From assembly GCF_009914755.1 (NCBI RefSeq), contig NC_060934.1: DNA of 64,000 nt. One strand, 5' to 3'. The notes beneath the pieces were generated by a model. That model searched no databases and was not told where the DNA came from. It worked only from the letters and a program-made list of their open reading frames with translations. The translations under genes and the position numbers were made by a program. How positions within the stretch are numbered: position 1 is the stretch's first letter; every line of letters begins with the position of its first letter. Of the stretch, positions 23,909 to 38,071 are shown piece by piece. The stretch is from the human T2T-CHM13v2.0 reference genome, Homo sapiens.

Positions 23909-25923
23909 TTCTACAGTAAAACTACCATTTGTTTAAATTTCAGCTCCACTAGGTGAGACCTGGATAAACTGGAACTATAAAACTTAGCCTCTTTGAATTC
24001 CAGTTTCGTTATCTATTGAATAGAGATAATTGTAGTACCTGTTGTTGTGAGAAATGAACGAGATAATCCCTCCAAGGCACTTGAGACAGTGCCTTGCATA
24101 GAGTAGAGCTCAATAAATGTGGGTTGTAAATAGTAAGCATGATAGAAATTAAAAGCAAAATACCATGATAGTACAGGGTTTTGTTCAGAGAAGGTCAATG
24201 GTATAGGTAAGGAAGTGGAAATGGAGGCAGCACAAAGCATGTCCAAGATGCAGCCCTCTTCAAAGCAAGTGAGCCAGAGCCACCAGAAAGCTCTTTGAGG
24301 TCAGGGATGGTCTCTTGTTCACCACTTTATACCTTGTATTTATTATAGCACTCAGTAAATCCTTTTTAAAATAATAAGCAAAATTAGTCTTTAGATGGCA
24401 TTATGTGATGTCAATTCAACATCACCATTTCAGCAATACTAAACACAACAAAAGAAACCTGAGGCAGCAACTTCTAAACAAAGATAGAGGCCCCATTCAC
24501 AGGCCATGAACTTCACAGTCAAATTTTGGGTCACTTGAAATCATAGGAAATAGTACCTCCAAGATCCTTCTTAGGCATTTTTTAGTACAGAAGAGAAAAT
24601 CAGGCAGAGGTCACAGAAATTACTGATAACTACTGTTCAAATAATTAGGGTAAGTCTGTCTGTCTGCTGTGGGTTACAAAAACATCTTGGCAAACTATAA
24701 ATGTTCACCTGTTCTCAATATTCAATACCCTGAGTCCCCTCATTCCTTTCTGCACAAGACCTAACATTAAGACAAGAACGTTTTTAAGTTATCTAGGTCT
24801 CTGTGGAACAATAATCAGCATGATGGTATTAAACACTTACTCCAAACAGGGTATACTTCAATTAGCCAATCAGTCAACAAAGGTTTGCTGAGGTGCTTCT
24901 TGCATGCACCTATTCATCCCTTGCTCTAGCAAACCACTTAACGTTGGGGGAATTACTAGAATGATCATGAAATATGTTAATATATGTAAACAATACAATA
25001 ATAAAGCTGTTTATAATAACACTCAAATATTTTTGAATGTTGAAAGTATTGTAGCATGAGTTGGAAAGCTGTAACTTCTATGATTTTATAGAAACCTAAG
25101 ACAGCTCTGAAATATATTTAACTGTCATTCTCTAACAAGATTTGAAGTATTGCAAATGCTACATAAAACTTGTCATGATCTAATGCTTGAATGTACCAAA
25201 ATAAGGCCAGAATTTACATTAGGCATAACAGAAGTATCTAAAACACTTATGTTAGAACTGCTAAGCTTTCTTTAAACCTTTGTTCTGAATTATTATGTGA
25301 AGAGCCAGCCTCTCTGGGGACAGTATCTTTCCCATGCCCTTTGCACACATAGATTACACTTTAAGGAGTGTTTACTATGCATAAAGTTTGATTAAGCCTT
25401 CTGTGGGGACCTGAATTGTAGTAAAATCCATTTCAACTGCTCTAGTTAATGGTATTTAGGGCTTCCTAGTTAAGAGAATTTATACTGATTCTTTTCTAGA
25501 TGCAACTTTTACAAATGGTTCACAGATTCAGGGCTTTTAAAGAAGATATAGTTTTCACCAAGGTGATTTATATTTTCTAGTATTTAGTAAAAAAAAAACT
25601 ACATGGCATTATGGTTCTGGCCACTTTGCCAAACATTTTTTGTCAGTTAATTTGTTTTAATGGCAGCGATAAGGTTGATTCAGCACATTAGAAATGGCTG
25701 TACTTAATTCATTCCTGCTTAAATTCAACTGTTGGAAGTGAGAGAAGAAGCTGCCAAAGGGTAAACAGCTGATAAAAACTCAACTCTGTTAGTATTGATG
25801 TTGCATCATACAGGTGCATTTACAAATCAGGATCTGACAGATGATAGCATCATATTGGCAATGTTTACAACAACAAAATAAACTTTCACATGATTGAGTT
25901 GACTCTTCTCAAAAATAACCAAA

Positions 25924-26196
25924 CATGCCTGTAATCCCAGCACTTTGGAAGGCTGAGGCAGGAGGATCACGAGGTCAGGGGATTGAGACTATCCTGGCTA
26001 ACACGGTGAAACCTCGTCTCTACTAAAAATACAAAAAATTAGCCGGGCGTGGTGGCAGGCACCTGTAGTCCCAGCTACTCAGGAGGCTGAGGCAGGAGAA
26101 TGGCATGAACCCAGGAGGCAGAACTTGCAGTGAGCCAAGGTCGCACAACCGCACACCAGCCTGGGCGACAGAGTGAGACTCTGTATCAAATAAAAT
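25924..26196 (+). mobile_element. AluY, 5'-truncated by about 20 nt
   Basis: AluY-type motifs (atcctggctaacacggtgaaac, ggagaatggcatgaacc); TSD AAAATAACCAAA on both sides. Confidence 0.9.
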
Positions 26197-26484
26197 AAAA
26201 TAACCAAAATGAAATGTCATCCTAATCACTGACTCATTCTATTGCTATGTATATACACCATTTAAGGGCAACTGTGAATTCTATATCCGAACAATATTGT
26301 CATGGTGATTCTTTAAAGGACTTATCATTGGAAGCATCCTCCCAACATGGGCAATACAAGTCCTGAGAACTGAGGTTGGCCCACGGTCATATTGAGAAAT
26401 GACCTGGAGTGCCATTTCACTTGGTATACTAGTACATCTCTGGAGTTCTATTCATAAAATATCATAGAAATTTTAAATACAATC

Positions 26485-26660
26485 ATCATAAACACTGATA
26501 CATGGAGAGTTCTCACCATGTGCCACTTTTTTAACATGTTTACATATATTAACTTATTTAGTCCTTACAGTAACTCCATAGAATACCTACTATTATCTCC
26601 CTTCATAGATTACAGGAGAGCGAAACACAAGAAAGGATAAGTAACATGTCCAAGGAAAAC
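26485..26660 (-). mobile_element. MIR SINE
   Basis: accatgtgccact...ttacatatattaacttatttagtccttacag...aagtaacatgtccaagg. Confidence 0.65.
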
Positions 26661-27074
26661 GCTGCATATAATTACTAGAGTTCCCCCGCAGAGCAAGTAT
26701 TTTCTGATTTTGGAAGAAACATTTTGATCAGCTACTTGGTATAGGAAGTGGGATTGCTGTTGCCTGTTTCCTTCTGAAGCCAGCAAATGCACTCAAAGGA
26801 CTTGCTTGAAAAATAATAAATGGTCACTAATTACTATCTCAAGAGGATGGGTCAATCATATTAACTGCCGGGCTTTGGTTTTGCAGAGTGGAGTAGGCAA
26901 ATATTGTACCAAAGACTTAGAGCCACACTATTCCTTTCATTCCACTTACAGATAAGCCTTAGGCCTTAGGTTTTGAGGGTATAGGTGTTCTGCTTCCTAT
27001 ATTTCCTATATTTATCTTCTGTCCGGAGATTCATTGGGCTTTGCCAGTGTTCTTTAAGAAGTTGAGGCCGGATA

Positions 27075-28970
27075 AGGAGAAAAAGAAGAAAATTGAACAG
27101 ATGTTCAGAGAACTGTGGGACAAATTTAAATGTACCAATATATGTGTAATAGAAGCCATAGAATGAAGAGAGAAAAAGAAATATGAAAAATTATTCAAAG
27201 AAATAACGGCTGGAAAATTCCCAGATTTGATCTTAAAAAATTTATTCTATAGATGAAAAAATTCAAAAACCCTAACAGGATAAACACAAAGAGATACATA
27301 CCTAGACACATCACAGTCAAGCTGCTGAAAGTGAAAGACAGAGAAAATCTTGAAAGCAGCAAGAGAAAAATGACTTATGACATACCAGGGAACAACAGTA
27401 TGATTAATGGCTGACTTCTTGTCAGAAACAATGGAGGCTAAAAGGCAGAGGAATGACATATTAAAAATGTTGGAGAAAATAAAACTCTGTCAACACAGCA
27501 AAACAATCTTCAAAAATGAAGATGAAACAAAGACAGTTATACATAAATAAAAACTGAGATAATTCATTTCTAGTAGACCTGCCTTACAAGAAATACTAAA
27601 GTCTTTCAGGCTGAAAGAAAATGACACCAAACAGTAACTTGAATCCACAGGAAGAAATTAGAGCTTTAAAAGTGAAATGTTTGTGAATAAATATTAAAAA
27701 CTACATATATTTTTTCTCCTCTAGTTTCTTTGAAAAACATAAGTTTATATAAACTCATGATTATAACACTGCTAGAGTAGGCTTACAACATAGATAATTG
27801 TAATAAATATGAGAATATTAGAACAAAGGGCAAGGGAGAAAATGAAGCCTATATTGGAGCAAAGTTGTAATAAATTAATATTAACCTGAAGAAGATGCTA
27901 TAAAAAGTGTATGTTATAATCACTAGAACTACTAAACAACTCAAGAAATATAGTTAAACATTAACAAAGAAATGAAAACTGTACACAGAAAAATATTTGT
28001 TAAACAAAAAAAGAAGGTGTTAAATAAATGGGAAAAAATGACATGGGACATACAAAAAATAATAAAATTGAAGATAGAAATCTAAATATTGCAACAATTA
28101 TGTTAAATATTACTGGACAAAATAATCAAACAGCAGAGATTGTCAAATAGGATAAGAATGGAGCGGGAGGCCATAATCTTAACCAAATTAACCTAGGAAC
28201 AGAAAAACAGATACCACATGTTCTTACTTATAAGTGGAAGCTAAACATTGAACACACCACATGGACATAAACAGGGAAAAACAGACACTATCAACTATAA
28301 GAGGAGGGTGAAAGGGAGGGGGTCATAGGATGAAAAACTACCTATTGGGTACTATGCTCACTATCAGGTACAATATACCCATGTAACAAACTTGCACATG
28401 TATCCCTTGCATCTAATATAAAAGTTGAAATTAAAAATAAAATAAAATCCAAAAAACAAATTTTAAAAAACAGCAAGATTCAACTATATGTTGTCTACAA
28501 GACTACACACAAATAGGTAGAAAGTAAATGGATAGAAAAGGCAAACCATGAAAACTATAATTATAAAAGAGCTGGAGACATTATATTAATACTCCACTAA
28601 ACTTTAAGCAACATTCCTAGAAACAAAAAGAATCATTTCATAATAAAATGCTGAATACATCAGGAGATATAAAAATTATAAAGGCATATGCACTTGACAA
28701 CTGAGTTCCAAAATACATAAAGCAGAAACTTACAGAAGAGAAAAATAGATGATTCAACATTAGAGTTGAATATTTCAATACCCCTCTCTTAGCAATTGAA
28801 AAAAAAAAAACAATTAAACATAAGAACAGTAAGGATATAAAACAGCTGAACAACACTGTCAACCAAATTGATGTAACCGGCATTTATAGAACACTACTAA
28901 AAAAGATCAGACTTTGTATTTTTTGCAAGTGCACATGAAATATTCTGTATAATATACCATATGCTAAACT
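27075..28970 (+). mobile_element. Old L1M fragment (ORF1 end to ORF2 endonuclease) with a nested L1 3' end at about 28160-28450
   Basis: ORF1 motifs (gagaaaatcttgaaagcagcaagagaaaaa, gacttcttgtcagaaacaatggaggc); endonuclease-region motifs; nested 3' UTR aaactacctattgggtactatgctcac. Confidence 0.85.
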
Positions 28971-30555
28971 ATGTTCCACAACACGTGTGGTGGCAGAATG
29001 ACAATGTGCATAGACATTGTTGGGTAAGTTGGTTTGTTGTGGTAGAATGAGAACATTGGGGCAGCCCCAGATTTGAATCCTGGCTTAGTAATTTACCAGC
29101 TGTTAAATTTTAGACAAGCTGTTAAACTTCTCTGAGATTGTAGATAAAAAAGTAATTGCCTAATTAACAGACATCGAAAGAATTCAATATAATATATGTA
29201 AGTATCGTTTTTGTAAATCAAAAAGTACTCAATAAAACATATTATTTTATAATTATCATGACAGAAGCAACCATTGCTGTTTACTTATTTTTTATTTTTA
29301 AGCAAGTAGTAGAAAACACCTTATCTACTCTAAGTGGTAAGACAGAAAATGAATTGAAACAAAAATTATGATAGGACTGAAATAATAGCAGGCTATGCTT
29401 CTGGTGGCTGAGAATACAAGAAGGGGGAAAGAGCCAAGAAGAAGGAAATGAGTAATCTCAAAGAAAAATTTGGGCTACTTTATATATTTACAGAGTGGAA
29501 CCTTGAAATTGTCTTTCATATGACCTTTAAAAGAGATTATCAAGTTCTAGAGTAATCCTCAAAATACACACACACATAAACACACATCCATGCACATAAA
29601 CAAATATTCTCACACACATACCTAATGCAAGCACTATACCTATTGAAATCTCTGTAAGCAAAGGCATTTAACTGGGTTGTTTGAAGTATAGTCTAATTAA
29701 ATTAATATTCTAAATTAATCTATGGAAACCTAAGGAATACAAATTTGTACAGCTGAATTATTTCAAACATATACTATTCTATTGTTTATCAGAAGAAGAA
29801 ATTTGAATGGTAGAAAAGAGCTTGGTAGTAAAGATTCCAATATTTCAAATGTACTTCCATATATTGTGAGTCTTTGGGCCCAATTACAGGCCCAAACCAA
29901 GATAACTTATACTACGGTTTCTGAAGGCAAGTGTCATTCTAGAATGACTAAAGAATAAGTTTGCTTCCAAGTTCATAATAAGTAGCAACAATTCTCTTAT
30001 GTCTTCTACTCTTGTACTTTTATTTCTGCATTTGTACAAGGAAAATAATAACTATATTTTACTGAGATTTAATGAGTAGATTTTCAAAAACACTATGGTA
30101 AATAAGTAGATTTAGATATTCAGTGAGCTCCATGGTTATTGTAGATAATTTATTAAAATGCATATACATTCAATCATCTCTGGTCTTCTAAGAATTTCAC
30201 ATAGTGTACTACAGAACAGCAAAAAAGTCAATTTTACCCTACTCTAGGGAATCAGACTTAATTAGCTTTCTACTTCCTTTTGGGTCTCAGACATGAGAAA
30301 TGAACTTCCCAGGGTTCTCCTGTCCTTTAACCCTTACTTGCAGAAATGAGTTGAGAATATTTAATCAATCAGGTTTTCTCACAGAGTTATTATATAGCTT
30401 CCATATCATAAAAACAGAGTTCAATAATTAGATTTCAAAACATGGAAGATACAAATCCTCTAATACAGTATTATTTCACTGACTACTGTAGTAGTTTTTC
30501 AGGATATTAATAGATGTTATGTTAACAAAAAGATTTTATGATTGAGCAAGTTTAA

Positions 30556-30946
<391 letters not shown>

Positions 30947-30962
30947 CAGCTCAGAATTTTTA

Positions 30963-31062
30963 ATGAATGCAGGTACTGTAGGAATTTCTGACAGGGAGAT
31001 GTAAGATGTACTATGAATGCAGATACTGTAGGAATTTCTGAGAGGGAAATGTAAAATGTACT
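30963..31062. repeat. Tandem duplication, 2 x 50 bp
   Basis: atgaatgcag(g/a)tactgtaggaatttctga(c/g)aggga(g/a)atgtaa(g/a)atgtact repeated. Confidence 0.9.
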
Positions 31063-31689
31063 GTCTCCCAAACTTAATGGACTAACAAACCTAATTTTTC
31101 TGAAAAATATTTTGAAAATTGTCGCTTTTCTCCAGCTCACTCTTTTTACAAAAGAAAACTGAAATTCAGAGAAGTAGTTCATTCAAAGTCACAGGTAATT
31201 GTAGAACTAGTACTGGGAACCAAGTTTTTTGTGTCTAATTGCAGAAATATTGTCATTTCTCTTCATATCCTTGAGCAAAGGGAAATGACCATATTCTCAG
31301 TCTGCTTTAAGAAAAGTTCTGACTTGTCTTATCTTAAATCTTTAATGTTTTATAATATTGTAACAAAAAATCACTTATGTAGTTTCACTGAGTGGTCCAT
31401 TGACTCAACTTCAGAAGAATAAGAAAGTAGCTACAATTCTTTAATTTTTTGGCGATGCTCTTTTCTCTTTGCCAATGGAAATGTTTTTGTTTCTATAATT
31501 TTTTTCTCCTTGTTTTCTACTATACTCCATGCTGCTAAAGAATAGAGAATTTTCTAAGGTGTATATAACTTCACATCAGTAAGGGCATTCTTCTAGATAG
31601 TGTAGACTGAATATTAATCCTGACTAGTTACATTTTTCACAGTTTCTATCTAAATGATAAATTCAGTTCATTCTCAGAATTACAATTCT

Positions 31690-32030
31690 TAACGAACTGA
31701 ATGTTTGTGTCCCTTCCAAATCCATGGGTCCAATCTCAATGTGATGGTATTTGGAAGTGGGACATTTGAGAGGTAATTACATCACCAAGGTGTGACCATC
31801 ATGAATGGGAATAGTGCTCATGTAGAAGCCGTAGATCTACCTGGATCTCTTTCTGCCATGTGAGGACATAAAGAGAAGTCAGCCGTCTGCAACCTTGAGA
31901 AGGTCCTCACCAGGACCAAACCATGCCAGCATCCTGATCTCAAACTTCCAGCCTCCAGAACTATTAGAAATAAATATCTGTCATTTATAAGATACCCAGT
32001 CTGTGGTACTTTGCTATAGCACCCCAACCT
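31690..32030 (+). mobile_element. MLT1A/MSTD-like MaLR LTR
   Basis: actgaatgtttgtgtccc...ttccagcctccagaact...agtctgtggtactttgctatagc. Confidence 0.8.
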
Positions 32031-32039
32031 AAGTGGTAA

Positions 32040-32255
32040 TTACTTCATGCACAAATATTATACTAAATATTTTATATTTTTGTTTAATCCTTACAATTAC
32101 TTTATAATGAGGGTAATATTATCAGATATATTTTATAAGAAACAGAAACTTTAAAATGTTAAGGTATTTTCCCAAGCCTGCACTGCTAGCTAGTCGTTGA
32201 GCTGCAATTTGAACACTGGCAATTGGACTCCAGAGTCATATTCTTAACCACTCAC
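32040..32255 (-). mobile_element. MIR SINE
   Basis: tttaatccttacaa...ttcccaagcctgcactgctag...tgactccagagt-like motifs. Confidence 0.6.
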
Positions 32256-32959
32256 CATATGGTTGGTTTAGCTTTTAAGTGCTCCCAGAAGTTCAATACC
32301 AAGTCACCAAGGCCAAAGTGATTAATTTGATGTGGTGACTAAGAAAACAGAAATAATTAATGCAATATTGATGCTCAATCTGTCACTCAACAGCGTATTA
32401 GTCTCACCCTTCAAAAAACATCATTTTTATCTTCCATTAATCTCAACATTTATATGAAGATGATAACTATAATGATATTTCATATCAATAACTCCTATAT
32501 GCATTGTGCGTGATCCAGTGAAGCTGAATATTCAATCGAATAATCAGTAAAGCCCTGAGTCATGACAAATATTTCATTTGTATTTAATGGCCAATGAAGA
32601 AAAACAACATTTGAACACATGATACCAACAATTATTTTTGTGGATCAAGATTATTATTGAGTATAAAAGAATGAATTCCATGTTACATTTGGGTATTTGA
32701 GAAATGATAACTGCTATTCTAATCAAAACATCAGGGCTCCAATGTCTCCCTTAATATTATTTTACACTTCTATTGTGTATTTGTAACTATTGTTATGGGG
32801 GAAAAACGAATGATTTCAAATTCTGAGCCTTTATTTTTAAGTCTCTTACTAGCAAGCTTATTCTACAAGATTAGTCTCAGTATTTCACAAAACTTAAAGT
32901 AAGTTTTTAAAGGTCACATATTTAGAATGCAGTTTTAACTTATGATAACAAAACATTTG

Positions 32960-33422
32960 CACACAAATTATTCTTCGTTTGCCCTTCCAGATTTATTTTC
33001 AGCCTTTTTTCTATGCCTTGTTTTGTGCCTCAGGAAGCTGACCTCCGAGGGCTATTACTAGGCTCCCTTGCTCTCCAGCTTTCAATGTTCTACCACTGGG
33101 AAGTTCTGGAGGGGAACCAGTGGGCAGGAACATAAATGGGTTAAGGAATTTATTGCTGTTTGGATGTGGCTCCTTGTTCTTATTAGCAGCCATAACTTGA
33201 TGTCAGAGCTATATTCCCCGCCCATTCAGGTAACTGCTCTCTTCCCTTGCCATTGTCTGTCTAAAAGTAGCAACACCTTTTCAATTTTACTAGCCCTGGG
33301 TGCTTCCCTCTTTCTTGTTGATTTCCTTTTGCCTGTCCACATCTCTATGAGCAACACCTCAACTAAACTCTTCAGATATTCCTTTGAGTAGATCATCTGT
33401 GTTCCAGCTGAGACCCTAATAT
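32960..33422. mobile_element. Old ERVL LTR (LTR33/LTR16-like)
   Basis: Motifs ggctcccttgctctccagcttt and ctttgagtagatcatctgtgttccagctgagaccctaat. Confidence 0.5.
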
Positions 33423-34459
33423 ACCTTGTTAAAAAACACAAAAGCAATAAACAATCAAACAAACCACCATCTCCTCTCCACTGTGGAAACAGTTCTCACC
33501 AGAGCACTGCAAGGGTAATGTATTCACTGTGGAGTCTAGGAGTGTTTGCAATTCTTTCTTTTGTTTAACAACTGCACCCATGACCACTTGACAGCCACTA
33601 GACTATTTCACAATCTACTTCATCTAACTTTGAATTATGAAGACCTGAATTATAAGAAGTTTCTTCCCAAAGACAAAGTTTTTATTAACTGAGATATGAA
33701 ATGCCAATTAAAAGAGAAAACACTTTCAGTCACCTAAAACTGTCTTCTTTTGTTCTCTCTTGAATTAGTTCAAAAGTCACCTCTTTTTGATAGTTGAAGT
33801 CATTTACTAAGAATTATTTGTCTGAGACTATCACTGTAATGAATCATGAAAGTCCTTATATCTTAATTTCATCAGGTATAGCTGTAAGAGACGGTGAGGA
33901 TATTTCCAATTTTAATACTATTTGGGGGAAGGAAAAAAGAACATGGAAGAAAAATGTGAAAACAGTAAAGGCAAAGAAAAACAGCATCCTCCTTTATAGC
34001 ACAATATTGAAGACTTTCTCTCAATGTAAAATATTAGTTCTAGGAAATTGCTTTAATTTTACTGAAGGAACATGTAAAAACCCTGGACCTTTCAGTTAAA
34101 GAAACACACAACAACAAAATTGACATGAATAGGATGTTCAAAAATGAGTACAGATGTTTATTGTTGAATATAAAGAAACAATGACAGCTTTTAAAGATTG
34201 TACAGGCAATATGACAAATATGTATATATTAATAAAAATCTTACTGTGGAATTTTTTTAATCACTGTATTCTATAATTTTAATTGTTTAAAGATTTATTC
34301 TTTAAATGAGACCTTTGCATTCTTTTTAATGTTATTAGAACCAGTTAAGATGACTAGTAAAAAAGAAATTATAAATAATAAACATTTATTGAGCATTTAT
34401 TAGGTACCAGACACTGTGCTGTATGTTTTATACCCACTAGCTTATCCTCCAAATGGCTA

Positions 34460-34556
34460 ATAATAGCTAACGTTTATTAAGCACTTACAAAGTACTAGAT
34501 ACAATTCCAAATGCTTTACACACATTATCATTCAATCCTCACATCAAATCTATAAC
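34460..34556 (-). mobile_element. MIR, left part, split by the ERV9 insertion
   Basis: taataatagctaacgtttattaagcactta...ttcaatcctcaca; continues after the provirus at 44400. Confidence 0.75.
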
Positions 34557-35353
34557 TGAGAGGTGAAGCCAGCTGGACTTCCTAGGTCAAGTGGGGACTT
34601 GGATAACTTTTCTCTCTAGCTAAAGGATTGTAAATGCACCAATCAGCACTCTGTAAAAACACCCCGATCAGCACTCCATGTCTAGCTAAAGGTTTGTAAA
34701 TGCACCAATCAGCACTCTGTAAAAAAGTACCAATCAGTGCTCTGTGTCTAGCTAAAGGTTTGTAAATGCACCGATCAGCACTCTGTAAAAATGCACCAAT
34801 CAGCGCTCTGTGTCTAGCTAAAGGTTTGTAAACACACCCATCAGCACTCTATAAAATGGACCAATCAGCAGGACATGGGTGAGGACAAATAAGGGAATAA
34901 AAGCTGGTCATCCCAGCGAGCAGTGGCAACCCACTTGGATCCCCTTCCATGCTGTGGAAGCTTTGTTCTTTCACTCTCCAAAATAAATCTTGCTGCTGCT
35001 CACTTTTTGGGTCTGCACTACCTTTATGAGCTGTAACACTCACCACAAGGGTCTGTGGCTTCATTCCTGAAGTCAGCGAGACCAAGAACCCACTGGGAGG
35101 AAGAAACAACTCCAGGCGTGCCACCTTTAAGAGCTGTAACACTCACTGCAAAGGTCTGCGGCTTCAGTCCTGAAGTCAGTAAGACCACGAACCCACTGGA
35201 AGGAAGAAACTCCAGACACATCTAAACATCTGAAGGAATAAACTCCAGACACACCAACTTTAAGAACTGTAACACTCACCGCGAGGGTCTGCAGCTTCAT
35301 TCTTGAAGTCAGTGAGACCAAGAACCCACCGGAAGGAACCAATTCCAGACACA
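34557..35353 (+). mobile_element. 5' LTR (LTR12-type, 797 bp)
   Basis: tgagaggtgaagccagctgg start; CCAAT-rich U3 repeats; AATAAA motifs; three U5-region repeats. Confidence 0.95.
34615..34905 (+). promoter_or_regulatory. LTR12 U3 enhancer/promoter: tandem CCAAT (NF-Y-type) boxes and AATAAA TATA-like box
   Basis: Repeated (gc)accaatcagc motifs, then gggaataaaagct at about 34893; NF-Y dependence is established for ERV9 LTRs. Confidence 0.75.
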
Positions 35354-35356
35354 TTT

Positions 35357-35374
35357 TGGCAACCCAGATGGGAC
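35357..35374 (+). promoter_or_regulatory. Primer-binding site, tRNA-Arg
   Basis: TGGCAACCCAGATGGGAC, 3 nt after the LTR; one mismatch (CpG decay) to the complement of the tRNA-Arg(CCG) 3' end. Confidence 0.9.
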
Positions 35375-35390
35375 TTTTGCCTACCACCAA

Positions 35391-35399
35391 GCGGTGAGA
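35391..35399 (+). promoter_or_regulatory. Putative major splice donor
   Basis: GCG|GTGAGA about 20 nt after the PBS, the usual gammaretroviral position. Confidence 0.55.
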
Positions 35400-36410
35400 A
35401 CCATTGGACCCCTTTCACTTGCTATTCTGTCCTATTTTTCCTTCGAATTTATGGGCTAAATACCGGGCACCTGTCAGCCAGCTAAAAGTAACTAGCACAG
35501 CTGCCGGACTAAAGACATAGGTGTCAGGCTTTCTGAGAAAGGGCTCTCTAACAACCCCCAACTCTTTGGAGTTGGGAGCATTGGTTTGCCTGGAACCAGC
35601 TTCCACTTTTCCTGTACTTCCAGGCTGAGCCGAGGGTTGACAGAAAGGAAAGCCATTCAGCTGCAGAGTCCTGACAAAAAGGTGGTTGACCCTGTGGCCA
35701 TGAGCAGAACTCTTAAAGTCATGTCGCCCAAGTGAGACTCACCCATCTATCCTATCTATTCTGACCCTTGCCTCCTGGGTCCTAATGCCTATCAGACAAA
35801 CTTCCTCTCGCCTCTCTTCTCTGAGGCTAGTCCCGCTTCTAAAAACCACTCCCTGTCTCTGGTGCTTTTCTAGTTTCTCCTATAAGAATGGTTTCTAGTA
35901 TAAACTCCAGGACTCTATTCCCTTCTTTAGGCACCTGGGCTCACCAATCAGAAAGACATAATTTTTGCCCAAAGCCCCATCATAGAGGGGAATAACTGGA
36001 ATTTTAGGATCTCTCCTCAGACTAGCAGGCCTAACAAAAGCTATTCCTGAAGCTAGGATATGGGGAGTCTCAGAAATTGTATCCTTCCTATTCATATAAG
36101 AGAGGACAAAAGGCATCACTCTTCCAACTCTGGAGATCCCTTTCCTACCTCATGATATGGCCCTCCACTTCATTTTTCAGGCATAACATCTTTATAGGAC
36201 AGGGGTAAATTCCCAACACTAGCAGGAGAATGCTTAGGACTCTAACAGGTTTTCTAGAATGTGTCAGTAAGGACCACTAAATCCGATTTTTCTCAGCCCT
36301 CTTTGTGGTCTAGGAAGACAGGCAAGGGTGCTGGTTTTTGAGAATGCATTGGTAAGGGCCACTAAATCCAATATTCCTCAGTCCTCTTTGTGGTCTAGGA
36401 GGAAAACTAG

Positions 36411-36568
36411 TGTTTCTGCTGCTGTGTCAGTGAGCACAACTATTCTGATCAGCAGGTCCAGGGACCATTGTGGGTTCTTGGGCAAGAGGTGTTTCTGCTG
36501 CTGCGTCAGTGAGCACAACTATTCTGATCAGCAGGGTCCAGGGACCATTGTGGGTTCTTGGGCAGGGG
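36411..36568 (+). repeat. 2 x ~79-bp tandem repeat in the ERV9 leader (another ~84-bp pair at about 36248-36402)
   Basis: tgtttctgctgctg...gggttcttgggca occurs twice; gtaagg.ccactaaatcc...tttgtggtctagga occurs twice. Confidence 0.9.
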
Positions 36569-36611
36569 GAGAAACAAATAAACCAAAACTGCAGGTGGTT
36601 TTTTCTTTCAG

Positions 36612-38071
36612 ATGGGAAACACTCAGGCATCAACACGCTCACCCTTGAAATGCATCCTAAGTCATTGGGACCAATTTGACCCACAAATTCGGAAAAAGAG
36701 GCGGCTCATTTTTTTCTGCACTATGGCTTGGCCCCAATATTCTCTCTCTGATGGGGAAAACTGGCCACCTGAGGGAAGTATAAATTACAATACTATCCTG
36801 CAGCTTGACCTTTTCTGTAAGAGGGAAGGCAAATGGAGTGAAATACCTCATGTCTAAGCTTTCTTTTCATTGAAGGAGAATCCACAACTGTGCAAAGCTT
36901 GCAATTTACATCCCACAAGAGGACCTCTCAACTTACCCCCATATCCTAGCCTCCCTATAGCTCCCCTTCCTATTAATGATAAGCCTCCTCTAATTTCCCC
37001 TGCCCAGAAGGAAACAAGCAAAGAAATCTCCAAAGGACCACAAAAACCCCTGGGCTATTGGTTATGTCCCCTTCAAGCTGTAGGGGGAGGGGAATTTGGC
37101 CCAACCCGGATACATGTCCCCTTCTCCATCTCTGATTTAAAGCACATCAAGGCAGACCTGGGGAAGTTTTCAGATGATCCTGCTAGGTACATAGATGTCC
37201 TACAGGGCTAGGGCAAACCTTCGATCTCACTTGGAGAGACGTCATGCTATTGTTAGATCAAACCCTGGCCTTTAATGGAAAGAATGTGGCTTTAGCTGCA
37301 GCCCAAGAGTTTGGAGATACCTGGTATCTTAGTCAAATAAATGATAGAATGACAGCCGAAGAAAGGGACAAATTCCCTACCAGTCAGCAAGCCATCCCCA
37401 GTATGGATCCCCACTGGGATCTAGACTCAGATCATGGAGACTGGAGTCGTAAACATCTGTTGACTTATGCTCTAGAAGTACTAAGGAGAATTAGGAAAAA
37501 GCCCATGAATTATTCAATAATGTCCACCATAACTCAGGAAAAGGAAGAAAATCCTTCTGCCTTCCTCAAGTGGCTATGGGAGGCCTTAAGAAAATATACT
37601 CCCTTGTCACCTGACTCACTAGAGGGTCAATTGATCCTAAAAAATAAGTTTATTACCCAATCAGCTGCAGGTATCAGGAGAAAGCTCCAAAAGTGAGCCC
37701 TGGGCCCTGAAAAAAATCTGGAGACATTATTAAACCTGGCAACCTTGGTGTTCTATCATAGGGACAAAAAGGAACAGGCCAAAAAGGAAAAGCAATATCA
37801 GAGAAAGGCCTCAGCCTTAGTTATGGCCCTCAGACAAACAAACCTTGGTGGCTCAGAGAGGACAGAAAATGGAGCAGGCCAGTCACCCAGTAGGGCTTGT
37901 TATCAGTATGGTTTACAAGGACACTTTAAAAAAGATTGTCCAACGAGAAACAAGCCTCCCCCTCATCCATGTCCACTGTGCCAAGGCAATCACTAGAAGG
38001 CACACTGCCCCAGAAGGCAAAGGTTTTCTGGGCCAGAATCCCCCAACCAGATGATCCAACAACAGGACTGA
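36612..38071 (+). pseudogene. gag: gag (disrupted)
   Basis: MGNTQAS myristoylation start; capsid/MHR ITQEKEENPSAFL; zinc knuckles CYQYGLQGHFKKDC (C to Y) and CPLCQGNH*KAHC; CAG GAC TGA GGG gag-pro junction; several stops and frameshifts. Confidence 0.95.

Noticed and set aside
25630-25860. Repeat-free stretch rich in TAAT/GATA motifs, possible enhancer (similar at about 9230-9480 and 13440-13520)
   Set aside because: Such motifs are expected in AT-rich DNA, and conservation cannot be assessed from one sequence.
34849-35485. Overlapping ORFs in the LTR12 U5 repeats (also 43882-44559)
   Set aside because: They are translations of tandem LTR repeats with no protein motifs.
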